This document shows positions 31,796 to 41,933 of a stretch of 64,000 bases of DNA, piece after piece. Source of the DNA: Spirochaetia bacterium (lineage in GTDB: Bacteria; Spirochaetota; Spirochaetia; SZUA-6; Bin103). The position numbers were made by a program, and so were the translations under genes. The stretch covers positions 3,584,001-3,648,000 of the forward strand of contig CBDBDQ010000005.1 of the NCBI GenBank assembly GCA_965203905.1, given 5' to 3'. The first letter of the stretch is position 1; the number at the start of each line of letters is the position of its first letter. The notes beneath the pieces were generated by a model. It was not told the DNA's origin and did not search any database. It worked only from the letters and a program-made list of their open reading frames with translations.

Positions 31796-32935
31796 CTAGA
31801 CAGCAGTATACGGATCGGCGGCATCGCGCATCCCATCGCCGAGAAAATTGAACGCCAAAATCGAGATCACTACAAAGACACCTGGAATCAGCAGCCAGGG
31901 CGAGTTCGCCATCACGCGAATGCTCTGTGACTCTTTCAGGAGCACGCCCCAGCTGATGGCCGGTGGCTGCATCCCCAAGCCAATGAAGCTCAAGGCTGTT
32001 TCGGCAAGTATCATCCTGGGAAGCGAAAGAGTCAGGATTGCGATGATATAGCTGTAGAAGGAGGGCAACAGATGGCGAAAGATGACGCGATAGGTGCTGG
32101 CGCCATGCATGACTGCCGCGGCTACAAAGTCTTCCTCGCGGAGGGCGATGAACTTGCCGCGAACGGCTCTCGCCAAATAGGTCCACTGGATGAGAGAGAG
32201 GATCACCACGATGCCGAAGTAGATTTGTACCGTGGACCAGTAGGGAGGCAATGCTGCCGACAGGGCCATCCACAGCGGTAGCGTAGGGATGGAGCGAATG
32301 AACTCGATCCCACGCTGAATGAGGGTATCGACGGTATCACCGAGATATCCGGAGATGCCACCGATGACGATGCCCAGGAACAAGCTGAGAAAGACTCCAA
32401 CCAGGCCGATGGTGAGAGAAATCCTGCCGCCGAAAATGATGCGGGACAACAGATCGCGGCCGAGCTTGTCGGTACCAAATAGAAAGAGGGTTCCGTCGCT
32501 GGTGCCAAACAAATGCACGGTGCCTTCGAGACCGCCGAGAAGAGTATACGGATCACCCCGCACGAAGAGACCTATCGGATGCCGTATGGAGCGATCCTCC
32601 TCGTAATTGATACCCAGCGTAACTTCGTCGACCGAGGACTTCAGTGCATACACAAAAGGCCGCAGTTGGAAGCCATCTTGCTGGTCGACAAAACGGATCT
32701 TCTGGGGCGGCACGTAGATATGGTCCAGATGCTCCTTGCGGGGATCGTAGGGAGCGATTATCTCGGCAAACACGACGGTCAGGTAGAATACGGCAAGGAC
32801 TACCAGGGCGGCCACGGCGAGCTTGTGCTTGAGAAACTTCCAGCGGATGAGCTGCCATTGCGAAGCGACGTACAGCTTCTCGGCGCTGCTCGCCACGGCG
32901 GGTTGTGATTGGCGTATCATCGGGGATCCGTTCAA
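31796..32935 (-). CDS. ABC permease (OppC/DppC-like)
   Basis: FGTDKLGRD, EAA loop, LAETALSFIGLG, FNFLGDGMRDAADP. Confidence 0.92.
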   Translation of the reverse strand: MNGSPMIRQSQPAVASSAEKLYVASQWQLIRWKFLKHKLAVAALVVLAVFYLTVVFAEIIAPYDPRKEHLDHIYVPPQKIRFVDQQDGFQLRPFVYALKSSVDEVTLGINYEEDRSIRHPIGLFVRGDPYTLLGGLEGTVHLFGTSDGTLFLFGTDKLGRDLLSRIIFGGRISLTIGLVGVFLSLFLGIVIGGISGYLGDTVDTLIQRGIEFIRSIPTLPLWMALSAALPPYWSTVQIYFGIVVILSLIQWTYLARAVRGKFIALREEDFVAAAVMHGASTYRVIFRHLLPSFYSYIIAILTLSLPRMILAETALSFIGLGMQPPAISWGVLLKESQSIRVMANSPWLLIPGVFVVISILAFNFLGDGMRDAADPYTAV

Positions 32936-32939
32936 GCCA

Positions 32940-33935
32940 TCAGTCGGCTCGACGACCGAATCTGATCCGTGGGTCGATTGCAGCCAGCAGGAGGTCAGAG
33001 ATCAGGATGCCCACTACCGTGAGGACGCTGAGTATGAAGACAATGCTGCCGGCGAGGAACATGTCCTGATCCTTCAGCGCACTAAGGAGGACCGGTGCGA
33101 TCGTCGGCAGGCCCAACACCAGGGAAGCCAGGAGGGCACCGTTGATCAGTTCCGGCAAGGTGAAGCCGATGGTGCTTACTATGGGATTGATGGCGACCCG
33201 CACCGGGTACTTGTAGAGTCGTCGGCGTTCGGGGAGGCCCTTGGCGCGAGCTACCATGACGTAGGGTTTCTCGAGCTCGTCAAGGAGGTTGGCGCGCATG
33301 AAGCGGATCAGCTCCGCGGTCCCGGCCAAACCCACGATCAAGGCGGGAATCCACAGATGCTTGAGCAGATCCCAGAGTCGCGCGAGGCTCCACGGTGCGG
33401 ACACGAATTCGCGCGAGAACAACCCCAGGGCGGCCTGGCCGGTAAGCGAGAAGTAGAGCCAGAGAAAGATCAATGCAGAGAGAAAGCCGGGAATGGCAAC
33501 GCCGAGGAAGGCGAAGAAAGTGAATACATAGTCGCGCACCGAGTACTGGTGGGTTGCCGAGATGATTCCTATCGGGATACCAAGCAAATAGACCAGTACG
33601 AGCGATGATATTGACAGCAGCAGGGTCCACGGCAAGCGCTCTGCGAGCAGTTCGCCAACCGGTTTCTTCCACTGCAAGGAGTTGCCCAAGTCGCCACGAA
33701 GCAGACGTCCTATCCACTTCAGGTATTGCACTATCGCTGACTGATTGAGGCCATACCGGGCGCGTAGGGCTTCAACCTGTGCCTGGTCTACGAATTGCCC
33801 GGCGGCCTCGAGCTGCGCCACGTACGAGCTTATGAAATCTCCGGGCGGGGCCAGGATCACGAGAAAGGCGACGATCGAGATGAGAAACACCGTAGGGATC
33901 ATTATCAGGAGACGGTACAGGATGAAACGTATCAT
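32940..33935 (-). CDS. ABC permease (OppB/DppB-like)
   Basis: MIRFILYRLL, GDLGNS, YVMVARAKGL, DPRIR. Confidence 0.92.
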   Translation of the reverse strand: MIRFILYRLLIMIPTVFLISIVAFLVILAPPGDFISSYVAQLEAAGQFVDQAQVEALRARYGLNQSAIVQYLKWIGRLLRGDLGNSLQWKKPVGELLAERLPWTLLLSISSLVLVYLLGIPIGIISATHQYSVRDYVFTFFAFLGVAIPGFLSALIFLWLYFSLTGQAALGLFSREFVSAPWSLARLWDLLKHLWIPALIVGLAGTAELIRFMRANLLDELEKPYVMVARAKGLPERRRLYKYPVRVAINPIVSTIGFTLPELINGALLASLVLGLPTIAPVLLSALKDQDMFLAGSIVFILSVLTVVGILISDLLLAAIDPRIRFGRRAD

Positions 33936-34231
33936 GGTGTCCGGCTCTGTGATCGACCGTGGTGGCTCGCGGGAGCTGCAGGCAGGGTACTCGTGTGGAC
34001 GGAAAAGACGATCGCGGCATGAGTATGGGAAGAAAACTGTGGCGGCTGCCGGTGATCGTTGATCACTGCAGTTTTGCCGACCATGAGATCCTCCATCGAC
34101 AGCGGTCGGACGGAGATGAGCCGCTGTCCGTATCCGAAGGGGCATACCGCTGAACGCGCGACGGTTTCCATGACCGTCGAGTCAGCGCCTGTCAAGTGGG
34201 CGCGAGAGTTTCCCCGCCGCCCACCGCGTGG

Positions 34232-34289
34232 TGGTGCCAATCAATTGGCACCAAGCAGTAGACTATCGCGGCACTTCGAAGCCTGTCAA
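34232..34289 (-). promoter_or_regulatory. Sigma70-like promoter and perfect palindromic operator of the ABC operon
   Basis: Minus strand TTGACA (34289-34284), N18, TAGTCT (34265-34260); palindrome TGGTGCCAAT-CA-ATTGGCACCA at 34232-34253. Confidence 0.65.
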
Positions 34290-34458
34290 GATTCACTTGG
34301 GCCACTTGGGCCGGTGGTTGCAGACGTGGCTGTCTGGCTCGGGACCGGTGGCATGGCTGTAGCCTGACCTCCGATCCTGCGGAGACGTGCTCCGGAGAGG
34401 CGGATGCCCGACCGACGACGTACGGCGCGATCCGTGGGATGATTGCGCTTGCCGTGTT

Positions 34459-35406
34459 CTAACTTCGTGCCGGCAGCAGGCGGAGCCTTGCCAGGAAGAT
34501 GCTGGTGCGGGGCTCCTGCGACCGAATTGCCTCTTTCATGCCGCACAGAAAGTCTTCGGACGTGTAATAGCTCAGCCAGAGCAGGCCGTCGTGCCAGACC
34601 ATGCCCGCGTAGCTGGTGTCACCGCCGGAGGGCACGGTCATGAACTCGGCCAGGGTCGCAGACTCGAAGTCGAGCCAGCACAGCGCGGTTCGTTCCCTGC
34701 GGTCGTAGAGGCGGACCGCGGCGATGGTGCGGTTATCCGGGAGGCGCAGCATCGCGGGACCCCCGATGCGCGCGCCGAGGTCTTTCCAGGTCCACTTCTC
34801 GTAAGGCGGGGCGGCGAACCCGAGGCGGCCGTTGAAGCCGTCACAGCGCATCAGGCACACGCAGGTGTCATCGCTCAGGAAGAGCAGATCGGACTCATTG
34901 GGTTGGACCCCGTCGAGCTGCGGCTGTCCGTGGGGGCGAAAATCGATCCCGTCGTCACTGGCATAGAGCTGAGCCGAGCTCTTGTCGGGCTGGTCGCGTC
35001 CGAAGTTGTAGGCGGTGCCGCGATGCCACACGCTACGCCACAGCCAGCTCCCGCGCGGCCCGACCTCGTGATGATCCCCCCACTGGCAGCCATCCTCCGA
35101 GACCCACGCCATCGACTGGCACACCGGTCTGAAAGCCGCCGCGTTCAGCAACAGCTTGTGGTCCGGGGTCGCTGAAAACTTCGGATCGCGGAGGTCCTGG
35201 AAAGGTGCCGGACAGGCGATCACCGCGGCCGAAACCCAGGTCACGCCGTCCAGCGACGTGAGAATGCGCAACTGTCCGTCCGGAGCCAGGTGGGCGGACG
35301 CCTCCCGGAACGCCAAGAACCAGCGCCCGTTGAACCGAATGAGGTCGGTGAACGCGTTGTGTACGGCCCGGTTCCAGATGCGGCGCGTCTCGAAATACTC
35401 GATCAT
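34459..35406 (-). CDS. BNR/sialidase-like beta-propeller hydrolase (copy 2)
   Basis: Same motifs as 26734-27687; a clearly paralogous sequence. Confidence 0.8.
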   Translation of the reverse strand: MIEYFETRRIWNRAVHNAFTDLIRFNGRWFLAFREASAHLAPDGQLRILTSLDGVTWVSAAVIACPAPFQDLRDPKFSATPDHKLLLNAAAFRPVCQSMAWVSEDGCQWGDHHEVGPRGSWLWRSVWHRGTAYNFGRDQPDKSSAQLYASDDGIDFRPHGQPQLDGVQPNESDLLFLSDDTCVCLMRCDGFNGRLGFAAPPYEKWTWKDLGARIGGPAMLRLPDNRTIAAVRLYDRRERTALCWLDFESATLAEFMTVPSGGDTSYAGMVWHDGLLWLSYYTSEDFLCGMKEAIRSQEPRTSIFLARLRLLPARS

Positions 35407-35422
35407 GCGGGCCTCGAAGCGC

Positions 35423-36544
35423 TCACGCCTGCGCCACCAGGTGCGGGGCGATCGCGTCGTCGTCGAGCTCGTAGCCCAGGCCGGGGGCGGTGGGCGGGAT
35501 GATGAAACCGTTCTCCCACGTGATCGGCGACTTGAGGATCTCCCGGTGAAATCCCGAGAACGTCTCGATGCCCTCCTGGATCAGGAAGTTGGGAGAGCAC
35601 ACGTCGACCTGGATCGCCGCGGCCGCGGCGAAGGGTCCGCCCCACACGTGTGGGGCGATGTGCGCGTAGTGGGTCTCGGCCATGGCGGCGATCTTCCTGG
35701 CTTCGCCGATGCCGCCGGTGATCGACAGGTCCATCTGCATGATCGAGGCCGCCTGCTTCTGCAACAGCGGCAGGAACTCGTAGCGGGTGAGCAGCCGCTC
35801 GCCGGTGGCGACCGGGATCGAGGTGGCATGGGCGACGCGCGCCATCTCGTCCACGTTGCCGGGGGCCACCGGCTCTTCGAACCACAGCGGCTCGTACGGT
35901 TCCAGCCGTTTGGCCAGCCGGATCGCCGCGTAGGTGGTGAGCTGGCCGTGGGTACCGAGCAGGATGTCGCAGCGGTCGCCGACCGCTTCGCGCATCGCCT
36001 TGATCACCCCCTCGACGTAGGTCAGGGTCTCCAGCCGGTGCGGCTCCAGCCCTCCCACCGGGTCGAGCTTCACGGCGCTGAACCCCTGGTCCACGTAACG
36101 CAGGATGTCATCCGCGGCCTTCTCGGGAGGATCGCCCATCTTCCACCCGTACAGGTAGGTGTAGGCGCGCAGCTTTTCGTGGAACACCCCGCCGAGCAGG
36201 TTGTACACCGGCTGGACAAGGGCCTTGCCGACGATGTCCCAGCACGCCATCTCGATGGCGCTGAGCACGGGCGTGGTGATGGGGCCGGAGTGGAGCACGG
36301 CGTGGCGCCGGAACACCTCCCACCAGATGCGCTCGCGGCGGAACGGATCGGCCCCCTTCAGGATCTCCTCGAAGATCTCCTGCGCCACCTGCAGCGCCGA
36401 CTGCCGGTGGGTGCCGTGCCAGGTGCACTCGCCGGTGCCCTCGATTCCCTCGTCGGTGATCAACTTGATGAACACCCAGTTCCTGCCGCCCTTGCCGGGA
36501 GGCGGAACCGGCACGAAGTAGCCCTCGAACCGCTCGATCTTCAT
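35423..36544 (-). CDS. Mandelate racemase/muconate lactonising enzyme family (acid-sugar dehydratase-like)
   Basis: TDEGIEGTGE, SAIEMACWDIVGK, KLD, WFEEP, ATGERL, APH, PGLG. Confidence 0.9.
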   Translation of the reverse strand: MKIERFEGYFVPVPPPGKGGRNWVFIKLITDEGIEGTGECTWHGTHRQSALQVAQEIFEEILKGADPFRRERIWWEVFRRHAVLHSGPITTPVLSAIEMACWDIVGKALVQPVYNLLGGVFHEKLRAYTYLYGWKMGDPPEKAADDILRYVDQGFSAVKLDPVGGLEPHRLETLTYVEGVIKAMREAVGDRCDILLGTHGQLTTYAAIRLAKRLEPYEPLWFEEPVAPGNVDEMARVAHATSIPVATGERLLTRYEFLPLLQKQAASIMQMDLSITGGIGEARKIAAMAETHYAHIAPHVWGGPFAAAAAIQVDVCSPNFLIQEGIETFSGFHREILKSPITWENGFIIPPTAPGLGYELDDDAIAPHLVAQA

Positions 36545-36606
36545 GCCGACGACGGTAGCCGGGATCGGCCCTCCGCGCCAACGCGCGACGCGGACCGCCG
36601 CCGCGG

Positions 36607-37122
36607 TTAGCCGAAGTTCGGGGCCTCGTCGGCGGAGGGACCGTACAGTGACGGCACCGCGATGTCGTTGAGCCGCAGGTAGACGCCGAGCTGCGCGCGG
36701 TGGTGGATCAGGTGGTTGAACACGAAGCTGCGCAGCACCACCACCTTGGGCATGGTCATGAGGGTGACGCCGTTCTGCAGCAGCGACCAGGGCCGCAGCA
36801 GATCGGCGTCGCCGGCACCGGCGATGGCGGCCCGCGCGGCGGCCGCATTACGGTCCAGGGTGGCCACCAGCTCGGCGGCGTCGGTGGGCGGCGGAGGCTG
36901 GGGGAGCGGTTTCCCGCCGGGCACCATGTCCAGTTCATCCTGCTCGACGGTCAGCACGGCCCAGGTGGGCAGGTTGGCCAGGTGTCCCGCAAGCCACCCC
37001 ATCGAGCCCGACTTTGGATGCGGCTTCCAATCGAGCTTGTCCGCCGGCACCCGCTCCAGCGTCCTGCGGACCCCCGCAACCTCATGATCGAACTCCGGCA
37101 ACATGCTCTCGCTGATCGACAT
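36607..37122 (-). CDS. DinB/YfiT family protein
   Basis: WKPHPKS.S...LAGHLA; NHLIHHRAQLGVYLR...VPSLYGPS. Confidence 0.9.
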   Translation of the reverse strand: MSISESMLPEFDHEVAGVRRTLERVPADKLDWKPHPKSGSMGWLAGHLANLPTWAVLTVEQDELDMVPGGKPLPQPPPPTDAAELVATLDRNAAAARAAIAGAGDADLLRPWSLLQNGVTLMTMPKVVVLRSFVFNHLIHHRAQLGVYLRLNDIAVPSLYGPSADEAPNFG

Positions 37123-39258
37123 GCCGACACTCTACCATGCCACCGCCCCCGGCGGCCCGCCTTGCCGCCGGTGCGGCTTTCGCAGCCGGCAGCTCCATAC
37201 GCAGCACGGTACTCGCTTCAAGCTGCGCGGGCTCGCCGAGAGTCACCGACTCGTTCAGGCTGGCATAGCGTAACGGGCGGCCGTTCAGCGTCACTTGAGT
37301 TACATCGCGGTCAAGCCACAGTGTCGAATTGAGGCGTTGGATCACGATCGACCCGTAGAGAACGGACAGAGCCACGCGATCCGCGGCCAGTTCCACGGTG
37401 CCCCACGCGGTGTTCAGGCACCAGAAGAACCGCTGGGTGGGGAGGCTCTGCTTGGGGTGGAATCCGATCTCCGCCTTCGTGGTGTCGAACTCGAAGCCAC
37501 TGAAGGCGGGGAGCAGCGCGTATGAGGCCATGGCACGGGCGTAGTTGCTACCGCATTCCATCTCGTTCCACGGATTGCGCTTCTCTCCGGGGCGGCCTTC
37601 AAGGCTGCCAGGTAGAATCCGGTGAGCCAGGAATTCGGGCCGAACAGCTCGGTATCGAGGGTGTGATGCTGCCTTCCCTCCAGCACGCCGTCCTTGTCGC
37701 GGTCCCACCGGTCACCGTTTTCCGGCGACCAGGCGAACGCGAGGCTCTTCTTGACCGCGGGCCAGAGCCGGGCCAGCCAGTCGCTGTCACCCGAGATCTT
37801 CCAGTCCCGATACACCTTGACGATGCCGCCGAACTGGCCGTCGGCGCAGGGGCGGAACGACGATCGGCCGCGGCCCAGGGGGAGCTGAATGCGGAAGCTC
37901 ATGCCACCGTCCTCGCGCAGGTTGTGCCGGTAGTCGGCCTCGCGCATGCTTCGTTCGAGCCGCGGGAACAGGAACGGAAGGGCGTAGGCGTAGTTCCATA
38001 CGTGGGTGCAACTCCCCTCGCAGCACATCGCGTCGGGATGGCAGCCTTCGAAACCGTAGAAGGTGCCGTCCTGCAGCCTCAGGACCGTGGGCGTCTTGAG
38101 AGTCGAGATGTTGGCGGAGATCGCATCGACCACCGCCGCGGGCAAGGTCGAGGAAAACAGCGCCTCCTTGAACGCCAGCGTCTCCCGGTACAGCCGCTCC
38201 CAGTTCGCAAGGCCGTATTGCGCCGACTCGCGGGAATCCTTCCACACGGTAGCGTAATAGTTGCTCCAGGTATTCGAGCCCGCCCCGTCGCCGTCGCAGC
38301 ACCCGCTCGCGGGATCGCACTGCACCGGATTCCAGTAGTTGGTGCAGACCGGAAAGTTCCAGGCCAGCAGGAATCTCGCCCTCCCGGAGGCTCCCGGAGC
38401 CACCTGGAGATGAGCCGCCAGCAGGCAGTGGGCGCCCGCGACGCCCGCGCCGCGGCGGAGCAGGTGCTGCTCGTAGCCGCGGTTCGCGAACCTGCCCGGC
38501 GTCGTCAGGTCGCGCCAGTAGGCGCTCACGTCGTCGACCCAGATGCCCTTGTAGGCGGCCCGGTGCCAGTACTCCTGGTAGCTGACGTCGTCCGCGTCGG
38601 TGGCGACGGTCAGGTCACCTGCCGGAGCGGCGCCCGGCGCATTCGCCCCCGGACCACGTGCGCTCAGCCCGATCGAGGAGAGCCCGGCCGTGTGCTGAAA
38701 CCGGTTGACCTTGGCGGCTCCCGGCACCGGGTTGTTCACCGAGAAACAGACGGTATAGGTGAGCGCCGCCGCATGGGAGTTGTGAATTGCGATCTCGAAG
38801 AAGGCGGCCGGGATGCTGGAGTCCTTGTCGTTGATCGGGATGAAGGGGTTGAACGCGGTGACCGTCACCTCCCCGGGAAACCCGTCGTCCCGCAGCGACA
38901 GCGCGGCGATCGGAAACTCGCCGCGAAACCTCAAGGTGCGGAAGTGGGGCAGCGCCGCCAGCAGACCCCGCGGCGGGCCAGATCCGAACGGCGTGGCGCC
39001 CGGCGCCGCCTTCAGGCTGCCGGAGTAGGGCGGCAGCAGGTCGCCCTGGAGCGTCCGCGCATCGAGCACCTCGCCGTCCCGTTCCGCCTTGACGGCGAAG
39101 TGGGTGTAGCCGTTGACGCTGCCCTTGTTGGGCCGGTTGAAGATCTCCCAGTCGACCAGGCGCCCGTCACCGGCCAGACCGATGCAGCCGCTGCCGATGC
39201 CCCCCAGAGGAAACGAAATCTCCCTGGTCTTCGCTCCTTCATAGACGAACTCTGCCAC
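37082..39258 (-). pseudogene. GH116 (non-lysosomal glucosylceramidase-like) glycosidase, internally deleted
   Basis: [33 protein letters not shown]; the frame breaks after LAALKAA (~37590) and resumes in another frame at [20 protein letters not shown]. Confidence 0.85.
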
Positions 39259-39370
39259 GGCCAAACTCCTTGTTCGGCAGTATCGCACGCTTCACCGGCG
39301 CTGAGTGCACTGACGCAGCCCGCCTCGCTTGCGCTACAGGCGAGATCCGGAGCTGGGCGTTCCGCCGGTG

Positions 39371-40633
39371 TCAACCCGCCGGTGCCACGTTCTCGTAGAA
39401 CAGGCCGTCATACACGAACGCGGACCGGATGGCCTCGCAGTCGCGCGCGCTCACTCCGGCGCTCCGCATCACGGAGTGCCATCCTGCGCGCACGGCGCTC
39501 GCGATACCGTCGAACACCTCCGCCGCCGCCGCTTGATCAAGCAGAAAACGCCCGTGACCGCTCAGCAGGTTGGCTCTGCTGGCATGGCGCCCGAAGCGGC
39601 CGCAGGCCATCGCGAGATCGCGCCGTTCCCGAGCCACCACGGGCGACGGCGTCAGATCGTAGGCCGGACTCAGCCGCCATTGCCGTCCATTGGCCAGGAG
39701 CGCGTGATTGCGCGGGTGATCGTCCAGGTTGGACACCGCCGCGTTGAAGCACATCCGGCGAAACAGCTCACGCAGATCGTCTTCCGGTCTCGCGCTCGCG
39801 CGGCGCACCTCGTCGGCGAGCAGCAGGTAGGACCAGTTGCCGCGGTCGGCAACTCCGTCGCCGCTGCGCAGCAGTGTCAGGGCGCTGACCATCCGGTGGC
39901 GGCGATGGCCGTCGCGGTCGAACCGGCGCACGAGCAACACGTCGCGCCCGCCAACGGTCTCGATTCGGCTGTCGGCGACGTTCAGGCCGCACGTCCGGGC
40001 CAGGGCGAGCATGCCGTGCTCGACCCGCGAATCGTTCCAGCGGTCGTCGCGGCGCCCGAACTTGGCGATCCAGAGAGCGCCCTCGTGCTCCACCACCGCC
40101 TTGGGGCGCGCCCCGCCCATCGACGTGCCGAGAAGCAGCAGCTCCTCGACCCGGTCCGCGGCGGCCCCCGCGCCCTCCCGGTCGTCGTCGAGGACGGCGT
40201 CGGCTGCCCGCTGCAGCGCGGCAAGATCCAGCATCCGGTTGAACCCGCGCCGTACGGCGGGCGGCGCGACGGCAAGGCCGAAACCCAGCGCTCCGGCGCG
40301 GTCGTCCGGCCCGTGCATCAGGTAGTCGAACTCGGTGAGCTCCGTCACGCCGGAGTTGCGCTCGATCACGCGCCGTCCCCAGGAATCGGGCATCGAGTCC
40401 CGGATCGCGCCGAAGAACCCCTGCATGCGCGCCGTCTCGTACACCTGGTCGGAAAGACGCAACTCGACCGGATCGAACTCGACCGCATCGGCGCGCTCGC
40501 GGTAGGAGCGGCCATACACGAACTGGCCGACCGCCGCGGCCCCGTCGTCAATCCAGCGGAAGCGGCCGGCGGTCACGAACTCGGTGGCGCCGGGCGGCAC
40601 GATGTAGACGTAGCAGTCGCGCTCAGAAGTCAT
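39371..40633 (-). CDS. hipA: HipA-family kinase toxin
   Basis: DSMPDSWGR, GTSMGGARPK, RRFDR, NLDDHPRNH, LSPAYDL. Confidence 0.92.
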   Translation of the reverse strand: MTSERDCYVYIVPPGATEFVTAGRFRWIDDGAAAVGQFVYGRSYRERADAVEFDPVELRLSDQVYETARMQGFFGAIRDSMPDSWGRRVIERNSGVTELTEFDYLMHGPDDRAGALGFGLAVAPPAVRRGFNRMLDLAALQRAADAVLDDDREGAGAAADRVEELLLLGTSMGGARPKAVVEHEGALWIAKFGRRDDRWNDSRVEHGMLALARTCGLNVADSRIETVGGRDVLLVRRFDRDGHRRHRMVSALTLLRSGDGVADRGNWSYLLLADEVRRASARPEDDLRELFRRMCFNAAVSNLDDHPRNHALLANGRQWRLSPAYDLTPSPVVARERRDLAMACGRFGRHASRANLLSGHGRFLLDQAAAAEVFDGIASAVRAGWHSVMRSAGVSARDCEAIRSAFVYDGLFYENVAPAG

Positions 40634-40964
40634 CGCTCAGCGGCCGGCGGCTCCGTGCACGCCTCGGGCTGTGCGCGCGTTCCAGCGCCTTGCCCTCCTC
40701 GTCACGGTCCGGATCGGCCACCTCGGTCAGGTCGCCGAGCAGGCCCAGCACCCACAACGCGCCGAGGTAGGCCGCCACGCCGGTCGTCGGCTTGCCTCGC
40801 TCCACGTCGGCTACCACGAACCGGGATACGCCCATGCGTTCGGCAAGCGCGGTCTGCGGCAGCCTGCGGCGCAGCCGCGCCGTGCGGATGTTCCGCCCCA
40901 GCCGTTGCAGCGCCTCCTCGACCGTGGCCGGGGGAGAGCCGGCCATTCTCGTGAGCCTCGCCAT
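40623..40964 (-). CDS. Xre-HTH antitoxin (HipB-like)
   Basis: LGRNIRTARLRRRLPQTALAERMGVSR...VERG; overlaps the hipA start. Confidence 0.88.
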   Translation of the reverse strand: MARLTRMAGSPPATVEEALQRLGRNIRTARLRRRLPQTALAERMGVSRFVVADVERGKPTTGVAAYLGALWVLGLLGDLTEVADPDRDEEGKALERAHSPRRARSRRPLSDDF

Positions 40965-41164
40965 GTCGATTTCCTGCAACACTTATTCGTATAATGTTGT
41001 TCGAACCTAACAACCCAAGCTCACCAGTGTCAATCAGCTTGCGCAAGGCGACGCGGGCCAAGTCTGCGGGCCGGGCAACCCGTCGGTGCTCGTCAACATG
41101 CGCTTACAGATGATATATGCTGTCGTAGCGATTGGTCTGTCACTGAAACCATCAGAGGTGGAAC

Positions 41165-41380
41165 ATGGCAATGTTGACCGTTGAAGGCGTCTTCGAAAAC
41201 GGCCGGATCAGGCTGCGCGATAAGGTGACGCTACCCGAACACACGAAAGTATATGTGGTGATTCCCGATATTGAGCCGACACCGCTAGCCTATACGTACA
41301 GCCCACGACTTGTACATCCGGAGCAAGCCCATGACTTCGTTAAACAGGTCATCGAGGTACCTGCGGATGCCGAGCTATGA
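41165..41380 (+). CDS. AF2212/DUF104-like antitoxin-family protein
   Basis: 71 aa, TVEGVFENGRIRL...LPEHTKVYVV; GAGG RBS. Confidence 0.75.
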   Translation: MAMLTVEGVFENGRIRLRDKVTLPEHTKVYVVIPDIEPTPLAYTYSPRLVHPEQAHDFVKQVIEVPADAEL

Positions 41381-41753
41381 TGCCACGGATTGCGATCCAC
41401 CAGCCCCGGTTGCCCGGGTCACCTTGCGTAACGCGCACAGCGGAGAGATGGTCGTCGACGTGCCGTTGCTCCTGGATACCGGAGCAGATGTCACACTGCT
41501 CCCCCGCAATACTGTCGAGCAGCTCGGCGTTCAACCAGTGGCTGGCGAACGCTACGAATTGATGGGCTTCAACGGGAGCACGAGTTCCGCTCCCGTCGTG
41601 ATGCTGGACCTCCTGTTCCTGAAGCGAGCCTTCCGCGGACGGTATCTGGTGATCGAGGAAGGGCGTGGCGTTATGGGACGGGACATTCTCAACTACCTGG
41701 CACTGCTGTTGGATGGACCGCAACAACAGTGGTCGGAACATTCACGCTGTTGA
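41367..41753 (+). CDS. Retropepsin-like (clan AA) aspartic protease
   Basis: LLDTGAD catalytic motif and MGRDIL; 128 aa; overlaps the upstream gene by 14 nt. Confidence 0.85.
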   Translation: MPSYDATDCDPPAPVARVTLRNAHSGEMVVDVPLLLDTGADVTLLPRNTVEQLGVQPVAGERYELMGFNGSTSSAPVVMLDLLFLKRAFRGRYLVIEEGRGVMGRDILNYLALLLDGPQQQWSEHSRC

Positions 41754-41933
41754 TCGGCCGCCCTGAGCTTTCACGGTTTCGGTCTGCCTTCCGATGCGGC
41801 CAGCGGGGGAACGTGTGCTCAGTTGGGAAGGACGCAGATACGTGGAGCTGGCCCCGCGGATGACCCTCTGGCCCGGGGTGACCCTGAGCGTCGATCGCGC
41901 CCTGCGCCGTTCTGGTACGATGCCGGAGCCGAC

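Noticed and set aside
34159-34179. Hairpin resembling the start of inverted repeat A
   Set aside because: Short gapped match that does not extend; cannot be distinguished from coincidence.
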